This document shows, one piece after another, positions 1 to 10,873 of a DNA stretch of 64,000 nt. Source of the stretch: an uncultured Chloroflexia bacterium (GTDB lineage Bacteria; Chloroflexota; Limnocylindria; Limnocylindrales; CSP1-4); NCBI GenBank assembly GCA_963746845.1, contig CAVVCZ010000001.1, positions 32,001-96,000 of the forward strand. Reading direction: 5' to 3'. The number at the start of each line of letters is the position of its first letter. The stretch's first letter is position 1. The notes under the pieces were generated by a model. That model saw only the letters and a list, made by a program, of their open reading frames with translations, did not search any database and was not told the DNA's origin. A program made the translations under genes and the position numbers.

Positions 1-1
1 C

Positions 2-124
2 CAGTCCGGGCTCGACATCCGCCCGGCGATCACGCATCGCTTCTCGTACCGCGACCACGAGGCGGCGTTCGCCACGGCGCGGAGCGGCGACTCGGGCAAG
101 GTGATCATGGACTGGAGGGCCTGA
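2..124 (+). CDS. tdh: L-threonine 3-dehydrogenase, C-terminal fragment (gene begins before window)
   Basis: Frame 2 reads [40 protein letters not shown], matching the typical Tdh C-terminus (QSGLD..P.ITHRF...SG.SGKVI..W); directly upstream of kbl. Confidence 0.85.
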   Translation, partial: QSGLDIRPAITHRFSYRDHEAAFATARSGDSGKVIMDWRA

Positions 125-129
125 CGGCG

Positions 130-1352
<1,223 letters not shown>

Positions 1353-1356
<4 letters not shown>

Positions 1357-2264
1357 GCGAGGAGCCGCTCGTCGCCCAGGCCGAAGACTTGCCCTTCGAT
1401 GGGCATCTTCACACCGATCTGTCGCCGGACAGCGACGTCCCGATCGACGACTACGCGGCGCAGGCGATCGCCCGCCGGATCACGGAGATCGCGATCACCG
1501 ATCACGTCGACTTCGTGCCGGGCACCCCGGCGTACGACTTCACGACGTTCGAGGAGCGCGAACGGATCGTTCGCGCGGCGGCCGAGCGCTGGGCGCCCCA
1601 CGGGTTGACGATCCGGTTCGGGGTCGAGATCACCTACGACCGCCCGCACGAGGCCGACATCCGGGCACACCTCGCGCGTCACGCCTACGACTTCGTGATC
1701 GGCAGCGTCCACGTCTACGCCGACTCGCCGTTCCACGCCGCGCGCGTCGCCGCCTGGACCGCCGGCCGGCCGTTGCCCGAGATCGTCGCGCCCTATTTCG
1801 ACGAGGTCCTCGCCGCGATCCGCTCCGGCCTGTTCGACGCGATCGGACATCTCGACTTCGTCAAGCGGTACCTCGTTCCCCATGTCACGCCGGGCCAGCT
1901 CGCCGCCGCCCCGGAGCTGTACGAGCCGCTGCTGATCGCGCTCGTCGAGACCGGCACGGCCCTCGAGGTGAACACGAGCGGGCTCCGGCAGTCGGCGGGC
2001 GAGACGTACCCGGCCGGCCCGGTCGTCGAGCGCTACCGAGCCCTCGGCGGCGTCAGGGTGTCGGCCGGCTCGGACGCGCACCGGAGCGGGGCGTTCACGT
2101 CGGGTCTCGAGGCGGGCTATCGGATCGTCGCCGCCGCCGGGTTCGACGAGCTGGCCGTGCGTCGGGGGGCGACCCGGACCCCGGTCGTTCTGCCGGACCG
2201 ATACCGGGTGGCCGGGCGCACGCCCGGTCGCGATGGTGCCGCTCGCGTTCCCTCCGGCTCATGA
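1353..2264 (+). CDS. PHP-domain histidinol-phosphatase HisJ-family protein
   Basis: GTG start overlaps the kbl stop; DGHLHT, AITDH, GSVH, GHLD, EVNTSG and GSDAH PHP motifs. Confidence 0.85.
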
Positions 2265-3031
2265 CGGACACGCCCGGACTCGACCTCGTCGTCCTCGGTG
2301 CCGGACCTGCGTACACGACGCGGGCCGGGTCCTCCGGAGCGGCCTATCTCGTGCGATCCGGGCGAACGTCGATCCTCCTCGACCTCGGTCAGGGGTCGTT
2401 CCCGCGGCTCGCGGCCGTCATCGAGCCGAGCTCGCTGTCGGCGGCCGTCGTGAGCCACCTCCACCCCGATCACTTCATCGACCTGATCCCGCTCCGCCAC
2501 TACCTCGCCTACTGGTTCCGGCCGGGGCGGCGGTTGCGCGTCCTCGCCCCGGACGGTCTGGCCACACGGATCGACGCCCTCCACGCGCAGGCCGGGTTCA
2601 CGGCGACAGCCCTCGACGTCGAGCCGTTCGCCCCCGGGGTCGTCACGATCGGCGACCTCACGCTCGAGGCGCGCCGGGTGACCCACACGGACGACAGCCA
2701 CGCCGTCCGCGTCGCACCCTCTGGCGGCGGTGCCGGCCTCGTCTACTCGGGCGACTGCGGACGCGCCGAAGACCTGGCGCCGCTGATCCACGACGGCGAC
2801 ACCCTCCTCGTCGAGGTGTCGTTCGGCGAGGGACCCGTGCCGCCCGAGGTGACCCATCTGGACGCGCCGTCGATCGCCGCGCTCGTTCGCCGGCATGCCC
2901 TCGGACGCGTGCTGCTGACGCATCTCCAGATGGGCTTCGATGGATCGCGGACGGTCGCGATCGTCCAGGAGGCGACGACCGCCCCGGTCAGCCTGGTCGA
3001 GCCCGGTGACACATTCGCCCTCCGGACATGA
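2261..3031 (+). CDS. MBL-fold metallo-hydrolase (RNase Z/BN-like)
   Basis: LLDLGQG, SHLHPDH, YSGD and LTHL motifs; ATGA overlap with upstream gene. Confidence 0.85.
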   Translation: MTDTPGLDLVVLGAGPAYTTRAGSSGAAYLVRSGRTSILLDLGQGSFPRLAAVIEPSSLSAAVVSHLHPDHFIDLIPLRHYLAYWFRPGRRLRVLAPDGLATRIDALHAQAGFTATALDVEPFAPGVVTIGDLTLEARRVTHTDDSHAVRVAPSGGGAGLVYSGDCGRAEDLAPLIHDGDTLLVEVSFGEGPVPPEVTHLDAPSIAALVRRHALGRVLLTHLQMGFDGSRTVAIVQEATTAPVSLVEPGDTFALRT

Positions 3032-3032
3032 A

Positions 3033-3065
3033 GAGACCGGGGCGCAGAACCTGCGCCCCGGTCTC
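3033..3065. terminator. Perfect 15-bp hairpin between convergent genes (likely bidirectional terminator)
   Basis: GAGACCGGGGCGCAG-AAC-CTGCGCCCCGGTCTC. Confidence 0.75.
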
Positions 3066-3089
3066 GAGCTTGCAGAGGGTTGATGCGCC

Positions 3090-3911
3090 TTAGCGCTTGC
3101 TCGACCGCTTCGGCTTCGGGATGACAAGGGCCAGGACGACCACGCCGGCGAGGGCCGCGAGGCCGAGCCGCCAGCTGTCATCCGATGGAGCGGGGGTTCG
3201 GCCGATCGTGTCGGTCGGCGGAGGCGTGACCGCCGCGGGCGGCGTGCCCGTCACACCCAGGACCTGGTCCGAGGGCGGGTCGCTCGGGGTCTCCGAGGGC
3301 GTCTCCGAGGGAGTCTCGCTCGGGGTCTCCGACGGGGTCTCGCTGGGCGTCTCCGACGGGGTCTCGCTGGGCGTCTCGGACGGAGTCTCGCTCGGGGTCT
3401 CCGAAGGAGTCTCCGACGGAGTCTCGCTGGGCGTCTCGGACGGAGTCTCGCTCGGCGTCTCGGAAGGCGTCTCGCTCGGCTGATCGGCCCCGCAGAAGAT
3501 GATGTGGCTGATTCCCTTGTCGCCTTCGTCGAAGGCCCCGGAGCCGTTACTGTCCGCCCAGACCGTCTCACCCGCGCTCGCATTGGCGAACAGGGTGTTG
3601 ACGTGGCCCGGCGCGGACTCCTCGGACCCGGCCTTGACGATCACGAGGTCGTAGTCCTTGGTCAGGACAAACGTGGAGCCGAGGTTGCCATTCTCGAGCT
3701 TCGTGCAGTCGTCGCCCCAGGTCGCCGGATCGTTGTTCTCCGGATTCGAAGGCGGGCCGGGCGCGTAGCCGGTGACGGTCGCCCAGTTCGTGACCGCGGC
3801 TGCCGATGTCGGAGCGAACGCGGCGACGACGAGCATCGACGCCGACGCGAGTCCCGCGGCGGCACGAAGCACGCTGCCGTGTCGACGGCGAGTGGAGGCT
3901 TTTCGGTTCAT
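3090..3911 (-). CDS. Secreted surface protein with (PSET)n stalk and C-terminal sorting-signal-like tail
   Basis: ATG at 3911 (MNRKASTRRRH..., signal peptide), small Cys-containing domain, long PSET tandem array, then PPPTDT, hydrophobic helix and KPKRSSKR. Confidence 0.8.
   Translation of the reverse strand: MNRKASTRRRHGSVLRAAAGLASASMLVVAAFAPTSAAAVTNWATVTGYAPGPPSNPENNDPATWGDDCTKLENGNLGSTFVLTKDYDLVIVKAGSEESAPGHVNTLFANASAGETVWADSNGSGAFDEGDKGISHIIFCGADQPSETPSETPSETPSETPSETPSETPSETPSETPSETPSETPSETPSETPSETPSETPSETPSETPSDPPSDQVLGVTGTPPAAVTPPPTDTIGRTPAPSDDSWRLGLAALAGVVVLALVIPKPKRSSKR
3279..3480 (-). repeat. 12-bp coding tandem repeat (Pro-Ser-Glu-Thr)
   Basis: Repeated GTCTCGCTCGGG / GTCTCCGACGGG-type units with synonymous variation. 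Confidence 0.95.
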
Positions 3912-4297
3912 GGCGGTCCCCGAGCTATGAAGGATGTGGTCGATCCCGATCCCGAGGGGAGACGCCCCGCGGCCTCGCGATCGTGCCGGATGAGAACAGG
4001 ACCCGTCCAGTACCTTTGGCTTACGCCAAGCCCACCAGACCTCACCGGTCCTCAATTAACCATGAGCGAGAACCGGTGCCGAGCGTCAACAGTCCGGGTA
4101 GGACCAGCCAGGACCAGTGGCGCCGTCCGTGGGCGGACCATTGACCCAGCCGTCGTTGACGGGGCGCGCCATCCTACATTGGACATCCACGCCGAATCAA
4201 TGGTCAGATTCACGACACTCCGGCCGTCCGGCCGGGCACGGACCGGCCCGATCCGAGCGGGGTGCGGCGTCGTCCCGACCGGTAGGATTGGCGACCG

Positions 4298-6025
4298 ATG
4301 ACGAGCGTGAAACCCCCTGCCGACTCAGCGGACCCACGAGCGATGACGGCGCAGGTCACCGTTCGCGAGCAGGTCCGCGACGCGCTCGATCGGGCGTGGG
4401 TCGCGGCCGAGGCCTCCGGCGCCCTCCCGGCGCATCCGGCTGACCAGCCTCGCCCAATGGTGGAGATCGACCGACCGACCAAGGCAGAGCACGGCGACCT
4501 CGCGACCAACCTGGCGATGAAGCTCGCACGTCCCCTTCGGCGCCCACCGCTCGCGATCGCGACGGCCCTGGTCGAGGCGCTCCCCACCACGGCGACGGAC
4601 CCCGCAAGCCCGATCGCGGAGGCGGTCGTCGCGCCGCCCGGCTTCGTGAACCTGCGGCTCTCGGACGGGATCCTCGCGACGACGATCGACGCGATCCTCG
4701 CGGCGCCGGACACGTGGGGCCGGGTCGCGCGTGCGCGCCCGCGATCGGTCAACGTCGAGTTCGTCTCGGCCAACCCGACGGGGCCGCTGACCATCGGGAA
4801 CGCCCGCGGCGCCTTCGTCGGCGACCTGCTGTGTCGCGTCCTGGCGGCGGGCGGGCAGGACGTCACGCGCGAGTACTACTTCAACGACTCGGGCGGCCAG
4901 ATCGACAAGCTCGGTGCGTCGGTGCTCGCGCTCCGGCGCGACGAGCCCGTCCCGGAGGACGGCTACCACGGCGCCTACGTCGCCGATCTCGCGGCCTCCG
5001 TGCCGGGCGACGTCTGGACCGCCGCGACGGCCGACGGGGCGGACGCGGCGGCGATCCTCGGGCACTGGGCCGCGGGCACCGTCCGTGCGTCGATCGAGGC
5101 GAGCCTGGGGCGTCTCGGCGTCCATTTCGACGTCTGGAAGAGCGAGGGCTCGCTCCACTCGGAGGGCTGGGTGAACCGGGCCATCGCCCAGCTCGGGGAC
5201 CGCGGCCACCTGTACGAACAGGAAGGGGCGACCTGGTTCCGCTCGACGACGTTCGGCGACGACAAGGACCGGGTCGTCCTCCGGTCCGACGGCCGCCCGA
5301 CGTACTTCGCCGCGGACATCGGCTATCTCGCCGAGAAGTTCAGCCGGGGCTACGACCACATCATCTACGTCTGGGGGATCGACCACCACGGCTACATCGC
5401 CCGGACCCGCGGCGCCGCGGCCGGTCTCGGCATCGACCCCGACCACGTCGAAGTGATCCTCACCGGCTGGGTGTCGGTGATCCGCGACGGCCAGGTGATC
5501 GCGATGTCCAAGCGAGCCGGCGACATCTACCTGCTCGACACGCTCCTCGACGACATCGGCGTCGACGCGGCGCGCTGGTTCTTCGCCTCACGGGGGGCGA
5601 ACCTCGACATGGACATCGATGTCGAGCTCGCCAAGCGCCAGTCGTCGGACAACCCCGTCTACTACGTCCAGTACGCCCACGCCCGGATCGCGTCGATCCT
5701 GCGCAAGGCGGCCGACGCCGGGCTGCCCGCCGCGCCGAGCGTGGCCGGTCACCTGGCGGGGGCTCCGGAGGCGGCCCTCGCCCGGGCGATCGTCCGCTTC
5801 CCGGAGGTCGTCGAGGACGCCGCGACGTCGGAGGAGACCCACGGCGTGACCGCCTACGCGACGGACCTGGCCACGCAGTTCCACGCGTTCTACCGCGACG
5901 CGCGGGTCGTCGACGAGGACCATCCGGAGGTCTCGGCCGCGCGGCTTGCGCTCGTGACGGCCGCCATGACGACCCTCGCGAACGCGCTCGGGCTGCTCGG
6001 GATCAGCGCTCCCGCGGCGATGTAG
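4298..6025 (+). CDS. argS: Arginine--tRNA ligase
   Basis: HGDLATN, GFVN, EFVSANPTGPLTIGNARG (HIGH-like), MSKRAG and NPVYYVQYAHARIASI; alternative start 4343. Confidence 0.97.
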   Translation: MTSVKPPADSADPRAMTAQVTVREQVRDALDRAWVAAEASGALPAHPADQPRPMVEIDRPTKAEHGDLATNLAMKLARPLRRPPLAIATALVEALPTTATDPASPIAEAVVAPPGFVNLRLSDGILATTIDAILAAPDTWGRVARARPRSVNVEFVSANPTGPLTIGNARGAFVGDLLCRVLAAGGQDVTREYYFNDSGGQIDKLGASVLALRRDEPVPEDGYHGAYVADLAASVPGDVWTAATADGADAAAILGHWAAGTVRASIEASLGRLGVHFDVWKSEGSLHSEGWVNRAIAQLGDRGHLYEQEGATWFRSTTFGDDKDRVVLRSDGRPTYFAADIGYLAEKFSRGYDHIIYVWGIDHHGYIARTRGAAAGLGIDPDHVEVILTGWVSVIRDGQVIAMSKRAGDIYLLDTLLDDIGVDAARWFFASRGANLDMDIDVELAKRQSSDNPVYYVQYAHARIASILRKAADAGLPAAPSVAGHLAGAPEAALARAIVRFPEVVEDAATSEETHGVTAYATDLATQFHAFYRDARVVDEDHPEVSAARLALVTAAMTTLANALGLLGISAPAAM

Positions 6026-6049
6026 CGGCCGAGCCGCTCCCGTCGGCTC

Positions 6050-7381
6050 CTAGCCGGCCAGACCGAGGACGCCGGTGAGCCGGCCCAGCGTCGCGTCATC
6101 CGAGGCGACCACGACCCAGCGCTCCGCGCCGCCCGCCCCGGGGAGGAGCGCGGCGGAGTCCCCCAGCCCGTCGACGATCGGCGTCGCCGCCGTCTCGAAC
6201 TCGGTCGCGTCGGTCGGCGTGTCCCAGGCGGTCCGGAGGACGACGCCCCAGGCGCCGTCCGGACCGTTCACGACCGCGACGCGGTCGCCGCCCCAGCCCG
6301 CGGCCGCCGCCTTCGCGTCGGCCGCGGAGATCGACGTGTTCTGCTTGAGCCAGACGCCCATCTGGAACTCGCCGAACGAGTCCTCGAGCCCGGTCGTCCA
6401 GCCGGTCCCGAGCTGTGTCGCCAGATCCTTCGGGAGCGTGACCGCGATCGGCCCCTCGCCGGACGCGTACTTCTCCGGGTGCATGACCTGCTCGGTCGAG
6501 GCGGGTGGATTCGCGAATGCCGCATCGACCGCCTTCCAGCCGCCCTGCACCTGGAGGCCCTGCACGAAGCTGAGGCCCTGCGAGTACGGGAACAGGAGCG
6601 ACTCGCGGAGGATCGCGGGCATCGCCATGAGCTCCTTGGTCGAGGGGTCCGCGGCCGCCTGCGTCATCAGCTGCCCGAACTCGGCCTGGCTCAGGTTCTT
6701 CAGCTGCCAGAAGGACATCGACAGCGTGGCGTCGCCCTCGACGAGGGACAGGCGCCCGAACGACCGGTCGCCCTGCCCGACCTCGTCGAGCTTGAGCGAG
6801 CCGAGATCGAAGTTCTGGTCCTGGAGCGCGTGCGTGAACTCGTGGGCGAAGGTCGTCTTCTCGATCGGACCGATGCCGCCGGACTTCGAGACGACATAGA
6901 GCTGCTTGTCGTCGGGGCTGTACAGGCCGGCGACCTGGCTGCCGAGCAGCTTGACGTACAGGTCCTTCAGGCTGGCGTCCGCGGGCAGCAGACCGAGCGC
7001 CTTGAAGACTCGCTCGTTGGCCGCGATCAATGCCGGCGGGTTGTCCTTGTCGAAGCCGTCGGCGACGAACTTCTTGATCCCGGCGTCGTCGAGGACGGTC
7101 GGGTTGACCGGGGACTTCGGCTGGAGCTGCCGGATCGCGACGACCTGGTCCTCGATGGACCGGTAGATCGCCGCCGTGTCCTGGGATCCGGCGGGCGTCG
7201 GCGCGGCGGTGCTCGGTGCCGATGAAGGGCTCGCGGACGCCGCCGGGCTCGGCGTCGCCGTGGTCGAGCCGCACGCGGCGACGAGCACGAGGAGGATGGT
7301 GATCGGGAGCAGGGAGAGCCTGCGGGACCGCCGCTTCACGGGCGGTCCTGATGGGTGCGTAGCATCGGCGGATTGTTGCAT
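6050..7381 (-). CDS. Lipoprotein with HExxH zincin-like motif (putative metallopeptidase)
   Basis: Lipobox LVAAC, Pro/Ser linker, AHEFTHALQDQNF, EGDA and PPASTEQVMHPEKY; start may be GTG 7339. Confidence 0.75.
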   Translation of the reverse strand: MQQSADATHPSGPPVKRRSRRLSLLPITILLVLVAACGSTTATPSPAASASPSSAPSTAAPTPAGSQDTAAIYRSIEDQVVAIRQLQPKSPVNPTVLDDAGIKKFVADGFDKDNPPALIAANERVFKALGLLPADASLKDLYVKLLGSQVAGLYSPDDKQLYVVSKSGGIGPIEKTTFAHEFTHALQDQNFDLGSLKLDEVGQGDRSFGRLSLVEGDATLSMSFWQLKNLSQAEFGQLMTQAAADPSTKELMAMPAILRESLLFPYSQGLSFVQGLQVQGGWKAVDAAFANPPASTEQVMHPEKYASGEGPIAVTLPKDLATQLGTGWTTGLEDSFGEFQMGVWLKQNTSISAADAKAAAAGWGGDRVAVVNGPDGAWGVVLRTAWDTPTDATEFETAATPIVDGLGDSAALLPGAGGAERWVVVASDDATLGRLTGVLGLAG

Positions 7382-7444
7382 GGCGAATCGTCCCGGAACG
7401 ATGACGCGATTGTCCTGAGTTGCGTGTCGCTTTCTTAATCGACC

Positions 7445-7566
7445 TCGGCGCCGTGGGTGAATGCGTCCGGTCTACCTTCCGATTCGGACCGAACCCTCAG
7501 GGTTCCATCCTCCCTCCCTCCGAGCGGGGGCGCCGATTGGGCAGGCGTCCCCGCTCTTTCCTTTCC
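7445..7566 (+). ncRNA. Candidate small RNA with CU-rich segments and intrinsic terminator
   Basis: Hairpins 7468-7491 (loop ACCTTCCGATTC) and 7491-7505, TCCTCCCTCCCTCC at 7508-7521, GC stem 7522-7556 followed by TTTCCTTT; no convincing ORF ends here on + strand. Confidence 0.4.
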
Positions 7567-7691
7567 CCTTGGCACTTTCAGCGGCTGCCGCGCCATGCCG
7601 ACGCGGGTGTGCGTGGCGGGTGGTGGCTGGGCCGGCCCGGGGCGATCGCGCAGGTGGTTCGGGGTGCAGCCGGCTGTGACAGAATCGGCGC

Positions 7692-8363
7692 ATGGAATTG
7701 ACGTGGTACGGGCGGACCTGCATCCGCCTTCGAGGCCGGGATGCCGTGGTCGTCGCCGATCCATACCAGGCGGTCGTCGGGCCGACCGGGCGGGGGATCA
7801 CCGGCGAGATCGTGACGTTCTCGCATCCGGACGATCGGCCCCTCCCGCGGGCGAAGGGCCGCCGCTCCCGGGACGGATCGACCCTCCTGCCGTCGTCGCT
7901 CGACGAGGCGTTCGTTCTCGACGGCCCCGGCGAATACGAGGTCCGCGACGTCCTGGTGACCGGCGTCCGGACGTACCGCGACGACGCGAAGGGCGCGGAG
8001 CACGGCAAGCAGACGGCGTTCGTCGTCGAGCTCGACCTGATGCACACGATCCACCTCGGCGAGATCGGCCACCTCCTCACCGAGGAGAAGCTCGGCGACA
8101 TCGGACCCGTGGATATCGCGTGCGTCCCCGTCGGGGGATCGCTGTCGCCGCAGAAGGCCGCCGAGCTGATCGCCCAGCTCGATCCGAAGATCGTCGTGCC
8201 GATGCCGCTCGACGAGGACGCCCCGGAGACCCAGGACGCGCTCGCCCGGTTCCTGCACGAGATGGGCGGCGAGCCGGCCGTCCAGGCGAAGCTGTCCGTG
8301 ACGATCTCGGGGCTGCCCGCCGAGACGACGACCGTGCTCCTGGAGTCCCGCGGCAAGATCTAG
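7692..8363 (+). CDS. MBL-fold (Lactamase_B_3-like) protein with degenerate metal-binding motifs
   Basis: MELTWYG, DPY, GPGEYEV, HLGEIGH, VPVGG and PKIVVPM match the family; HxHxDH reduced to SHPDD. Confidence 0.8.
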   Translation: MELTWYGRTCIRLRGRDAVVVADPYQAVVGPTGRGITGEIVTFSHPDDRPLPRAKGRRSRDGSTLLPSSLDEAFVLDGPGEYEVRDVLVTGVRTYRDDAKGAEHGKQTAFVVELDLMHTIHLGEIGHLLTEEKLGDIGPVDIACVPVGGSLSPQKAAELIAQLDPKIVVPMPLDEDAPETQDALARFLHEMGGEPAVQAKLSVTISGLPAETTTVLLESRGKI

Positions 8364-8384
8364 GCCGCCGCGGCGTGCTTCGCC

Positions 8385-9722
8385 CTAGCTGCCGCCCCGC
8401 TCGAGGACGAGCTTCCCGCGCTTGACGACGGTCCGGACGAGGTCGGCCGCCGGCCAGTAGGGGATCTGGCGCGACGTCGGCACGTTCCAGACGACCAGGT
8501 CCGCCTGCTTCCCGGCCTCGAGCGATCCGATCTCGTCCGCCCGTCCGAGCGCGAGCGCGGCATTGATCGTCACCCCGGCGAGGACCTCGTCCGGCGTCAT
8601 CCGCAGATTCAGGCAGGCAGCGGTCATCGCGAGCGGCAGGCTCGGCGTCGGCGACGTGCCCGGGTTGAAATCCGTCCCGATCGCGACCGGCACGCCCCGC
8701 TCGATGAACGTCCGCGCGGGCGCGTGGTGGTCCTTCATCAGGAACCACGTGGTGGCCGGAAGGAGCGTCGCGACCACCGGACGTCCGTCGGCCGCCGCCG
8801 CGGCGAGCGCATCGATCCCGGCCTCGGACGGCGTCGCGAGATGGTCGGCCGATGACGCCCCGATCTCGGCGGCCAGCTCCGCGCCGCCGCTGGGTGCCAG
8901 CTCGTCCGCGTGCAGCCGCGGTCGCAGACCGTACCCGGCGGCCGCCTCGAGGATCCGCCGCGCCTGGTCCGCGCTGAACACGCCCTCCTCGCAGAAGACG
9001 TCCGCGGCGACCGCGCGGCCCTGCGCCACGACCCCGGGGAGCTGCTCCTCCAGCAGCCGCCGGACATACGTCTCCGTCGCGTCCGGGCGACCGCGGAGCT
9101 CGGGCGGGACGGCGTGCGCGCCGAGCCACGTGGGCACGACCTCGACCGGACCCTCAGCGCCGAGCTGGTTGGCGACCTCGAGCAGCCGCAGCTCCGTCGG
9201 CAGGTCGAGCCCGTACCCGGACTTCGCCTCGACGGTCGTGACGCCGTGGCCGAGCATCTCGGTGAGCCAGCGCCGGCCGTGCTCGAGGAGCTCATCGGCG
9301 CTCGCCGCGCGGGTCGACGCGACGGTCGACAGGATCCCGCCGCCCGCCGCGAGGATCTCGAGGTAGCCCGCTCCGCGCTGGCGCAGCTCGAGCTCGCCCT
9401 CCCGGCTCCCGGCGAAGAGCAGGTGCGTATGCGGGTCGACGAGCCCTGGTGTCACGGTGCCACCGGCGGCGTCGAGGGTCGCGAACTGGTCGAGGGCGTA
9501 CCCGTCGCCGACGAGGATCGTTCGGAGGTCCGCCTCCTCGGCGACCTCGATGATCCGGCCGTCCCAGATCGCCACGGCGACGTCCGTCCGCCGGTCGACC
9601 TCGCCCTGGTCGGAGCCCATCCGCGGGCCGCCCGCCATCGTCACGACCTCGCTCGCGCCGGTGACGAAGAGGCCGGGTGGGTCCTCCTGGTCGCGCCCCC
9701 CGGTGATGACGCGGAGGGTCAC
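8385..9722 (-). CDS. hutI: Imidazolonepropionase
   Basis: PGLVDPHTH, GGGILSTV, EAKSGYGL, LHADE, SADHL and GTDFNPG. Confidence 0.95.
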   Translation of the reverse strand: MTLRVITGGRDQEDPPGLFVTGASEVVTMAGGPRMGSDQGEVDRRTDVAVAIWDGRIIEVAEEADLRTILVGDGYALDQFATLDAAGGTVTPGLVDPHTHLLFAGSREGELELRQRGAGYLEILAAGGGILSTVASTRAASADELLEHGRRWLTEMLGHGVTTVEAKSGYGLDLPTELRLLEVANQLGAEGPVEVVPTWLGAHAVPPELRGRPDATETYVRRLLEEQLPGVVAQGRAVAADVFCEEGVFSADQARRILEAAAGYGLRPRLHADELAPSGGAELAAEIGASSADHLATPSEAGIDALAAAAADGRPVVATLLPATTWFLMKDHHAPARTFIERGVPVAIGTDFNPGTSPTPSLPLAMTAACLNLRMTPDEVLAGVTINAALALGRADEIGSLEAGKQADLVVWNVPTSRQIPYWPAADLVRTVVKRGKLVLERGGS

Positions 9723-10744
9723 GAGCCTCGCGGCGCCGGGCCGGTCCGGGCCGCGGCGAGCCGCAGCTCCAGCGCCTGGAGCGGGCTGAAGTCGCGCAGG
9801 CGGAGGTACGACGCGGCGGCGGCCAGCCGCCGCTCGACCGGCTCGTCCGAACTGGCCTCGACGTGATCGGCGACGTCGAGGAATGCAGCAAGGGGCGCCA
9901 GCCCGATCAGCTCGGACTCATGCAGCTCGATCCCGTCCTCGGCGGCCTCCGCCCGGACCGCCTCCCAGACCCGCCACAGCGGCGTGACCCGGAAGTCGAG
10001 CAGGTTCATCGAGACCTGTGCCCGCGACGCGAGCGGATCGCCGCGCTCGGGCTCCTCGATGGAGAACCCGTTCGCCTGGACCTTCGGCAATCCGCCGCCG
10101 GACTCCCGGATCCGCCGGGCGATCCGCTTCGCGAACTCGACGTCCGACGAGTCGAGGTTGATGTTGTAGGCGATGAGGAATGGCCGCGCCCCCACGGCGA
10201 CGGCACCCGCCGACGGATGCATCCGGGCGGGTCCGATGTCGGGCTCGCGCCCGTGCTGGCCGATCTCCGCCTTGAGCCCTTCGTACTGACCACGCCGGAC
10301 GTCGGCGAGCTTCACCCGGTCCGAGCGGCGGGCGGCCTGGGCGTACAGGTAGACGGGCAGGTCGAACCGCTCCACGACACGGGCACCGAACGCCCGGGCG
10401 AGCTCGACGGCCTCATCCATCGTCGTGTCGCCGAGCGGCACGAACGGGACGACGTCCACGGCGCCGATCCGGGGATGCTCACCCGAGTGCTCGTCCATGT
10501 CGATCTCGCGGACAGCGCCGGCGACGAGCTCCTCCAACGCATCCGACACGGGCCCGGCGGGCCCGGCAATCGTGAAGACGGAGCGGTTGTGACTGGCGTC
10601 GCTCGTCCGGTCGAGGAGATGGACGCCGGCCACCGAGGTGACCGCGCCGGCAAGCCGCTCGACGACGTCCAGCCGGCGGCCCTCCGAGATGTTCGGGACC
10701 GATTCGATCAGCCGGTCGGAGAGGTCGTCGGGAAGGGCGGGCAT
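9719..10744 (-). CDS. ftcD: Glutamate formimidoyltransferase (standalone FT domain)
   Basis: IESVPNISEGR, HNRSV, GEHPRIGAVDVVPFVP, QVSMNL and SELIGL; ATG at 10744. Confidence 0.92.
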   Translation of the reverse strand: MPALPDDLSDRLIESVPNISEGRRLDVVERLAGAVTSVAGVHLLDRTSDASHNRSVFTIAGPAGPVSDALEELVAGAVREIDMDEHSGEHPRIGAVDVVPFVPLGDTTMDEAVELARAFGARVVERFDLPVYLYAQAARRSDRVKLADVRRGQYEGLKAEIGQHGREPDIGPARMHPSAGAVAVGARPFLIAYNINLDSSDVEFAKRIARRIRESGGGLPKVQANGFSIEEPERGDPLASRAQVSMNLLDFRVTPLWRVWEAVRAEAAEDGIELHESELIGLAPLAAFLDVADHVEASSDEPVERRLAAAASYLRLRDFSPLQALELRLAAARTGPAPRGS

Positions 10745-10806
10745 CGCGGCCCATCGTGCCACGGCGGCGCGCTTCCGCGCGACCCGGCTGCCGACCATGA
10801 ATGTCG

Positions 10807-10837
10807 TTGACTAACGCGTGTTAGACCGTAGACTAAC
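10807..10837 (+). promoter_or_regulatory. Sigma70-like promoter (TTGACT-16-TAGACT) with overlapping palindrome CTAAC-GCGT-GTTAG
   Basis: AT-richer island between divergent ftcD and MFS genes; palindrome at 10811-10824. Confidence 0.5.
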
Positions 10838-10873
10838 ATCGCCCGCGACACGCCCCACCACCCGAGGTGCCGC

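Noticed and set aside
3279-3480. Regular short repeats as a possible CRISPR array
   Set aside because: 12-bp in-frame coding repeat without unique spacers; no cas genes in the window
7498-7509. Minus-strand micro-ORF ATG-GAA-CCC-TGA behind GGAGG repeats
   Set aside because: Only three codons; better explained as the complement of the CU-rich tract of the candidate sRNA
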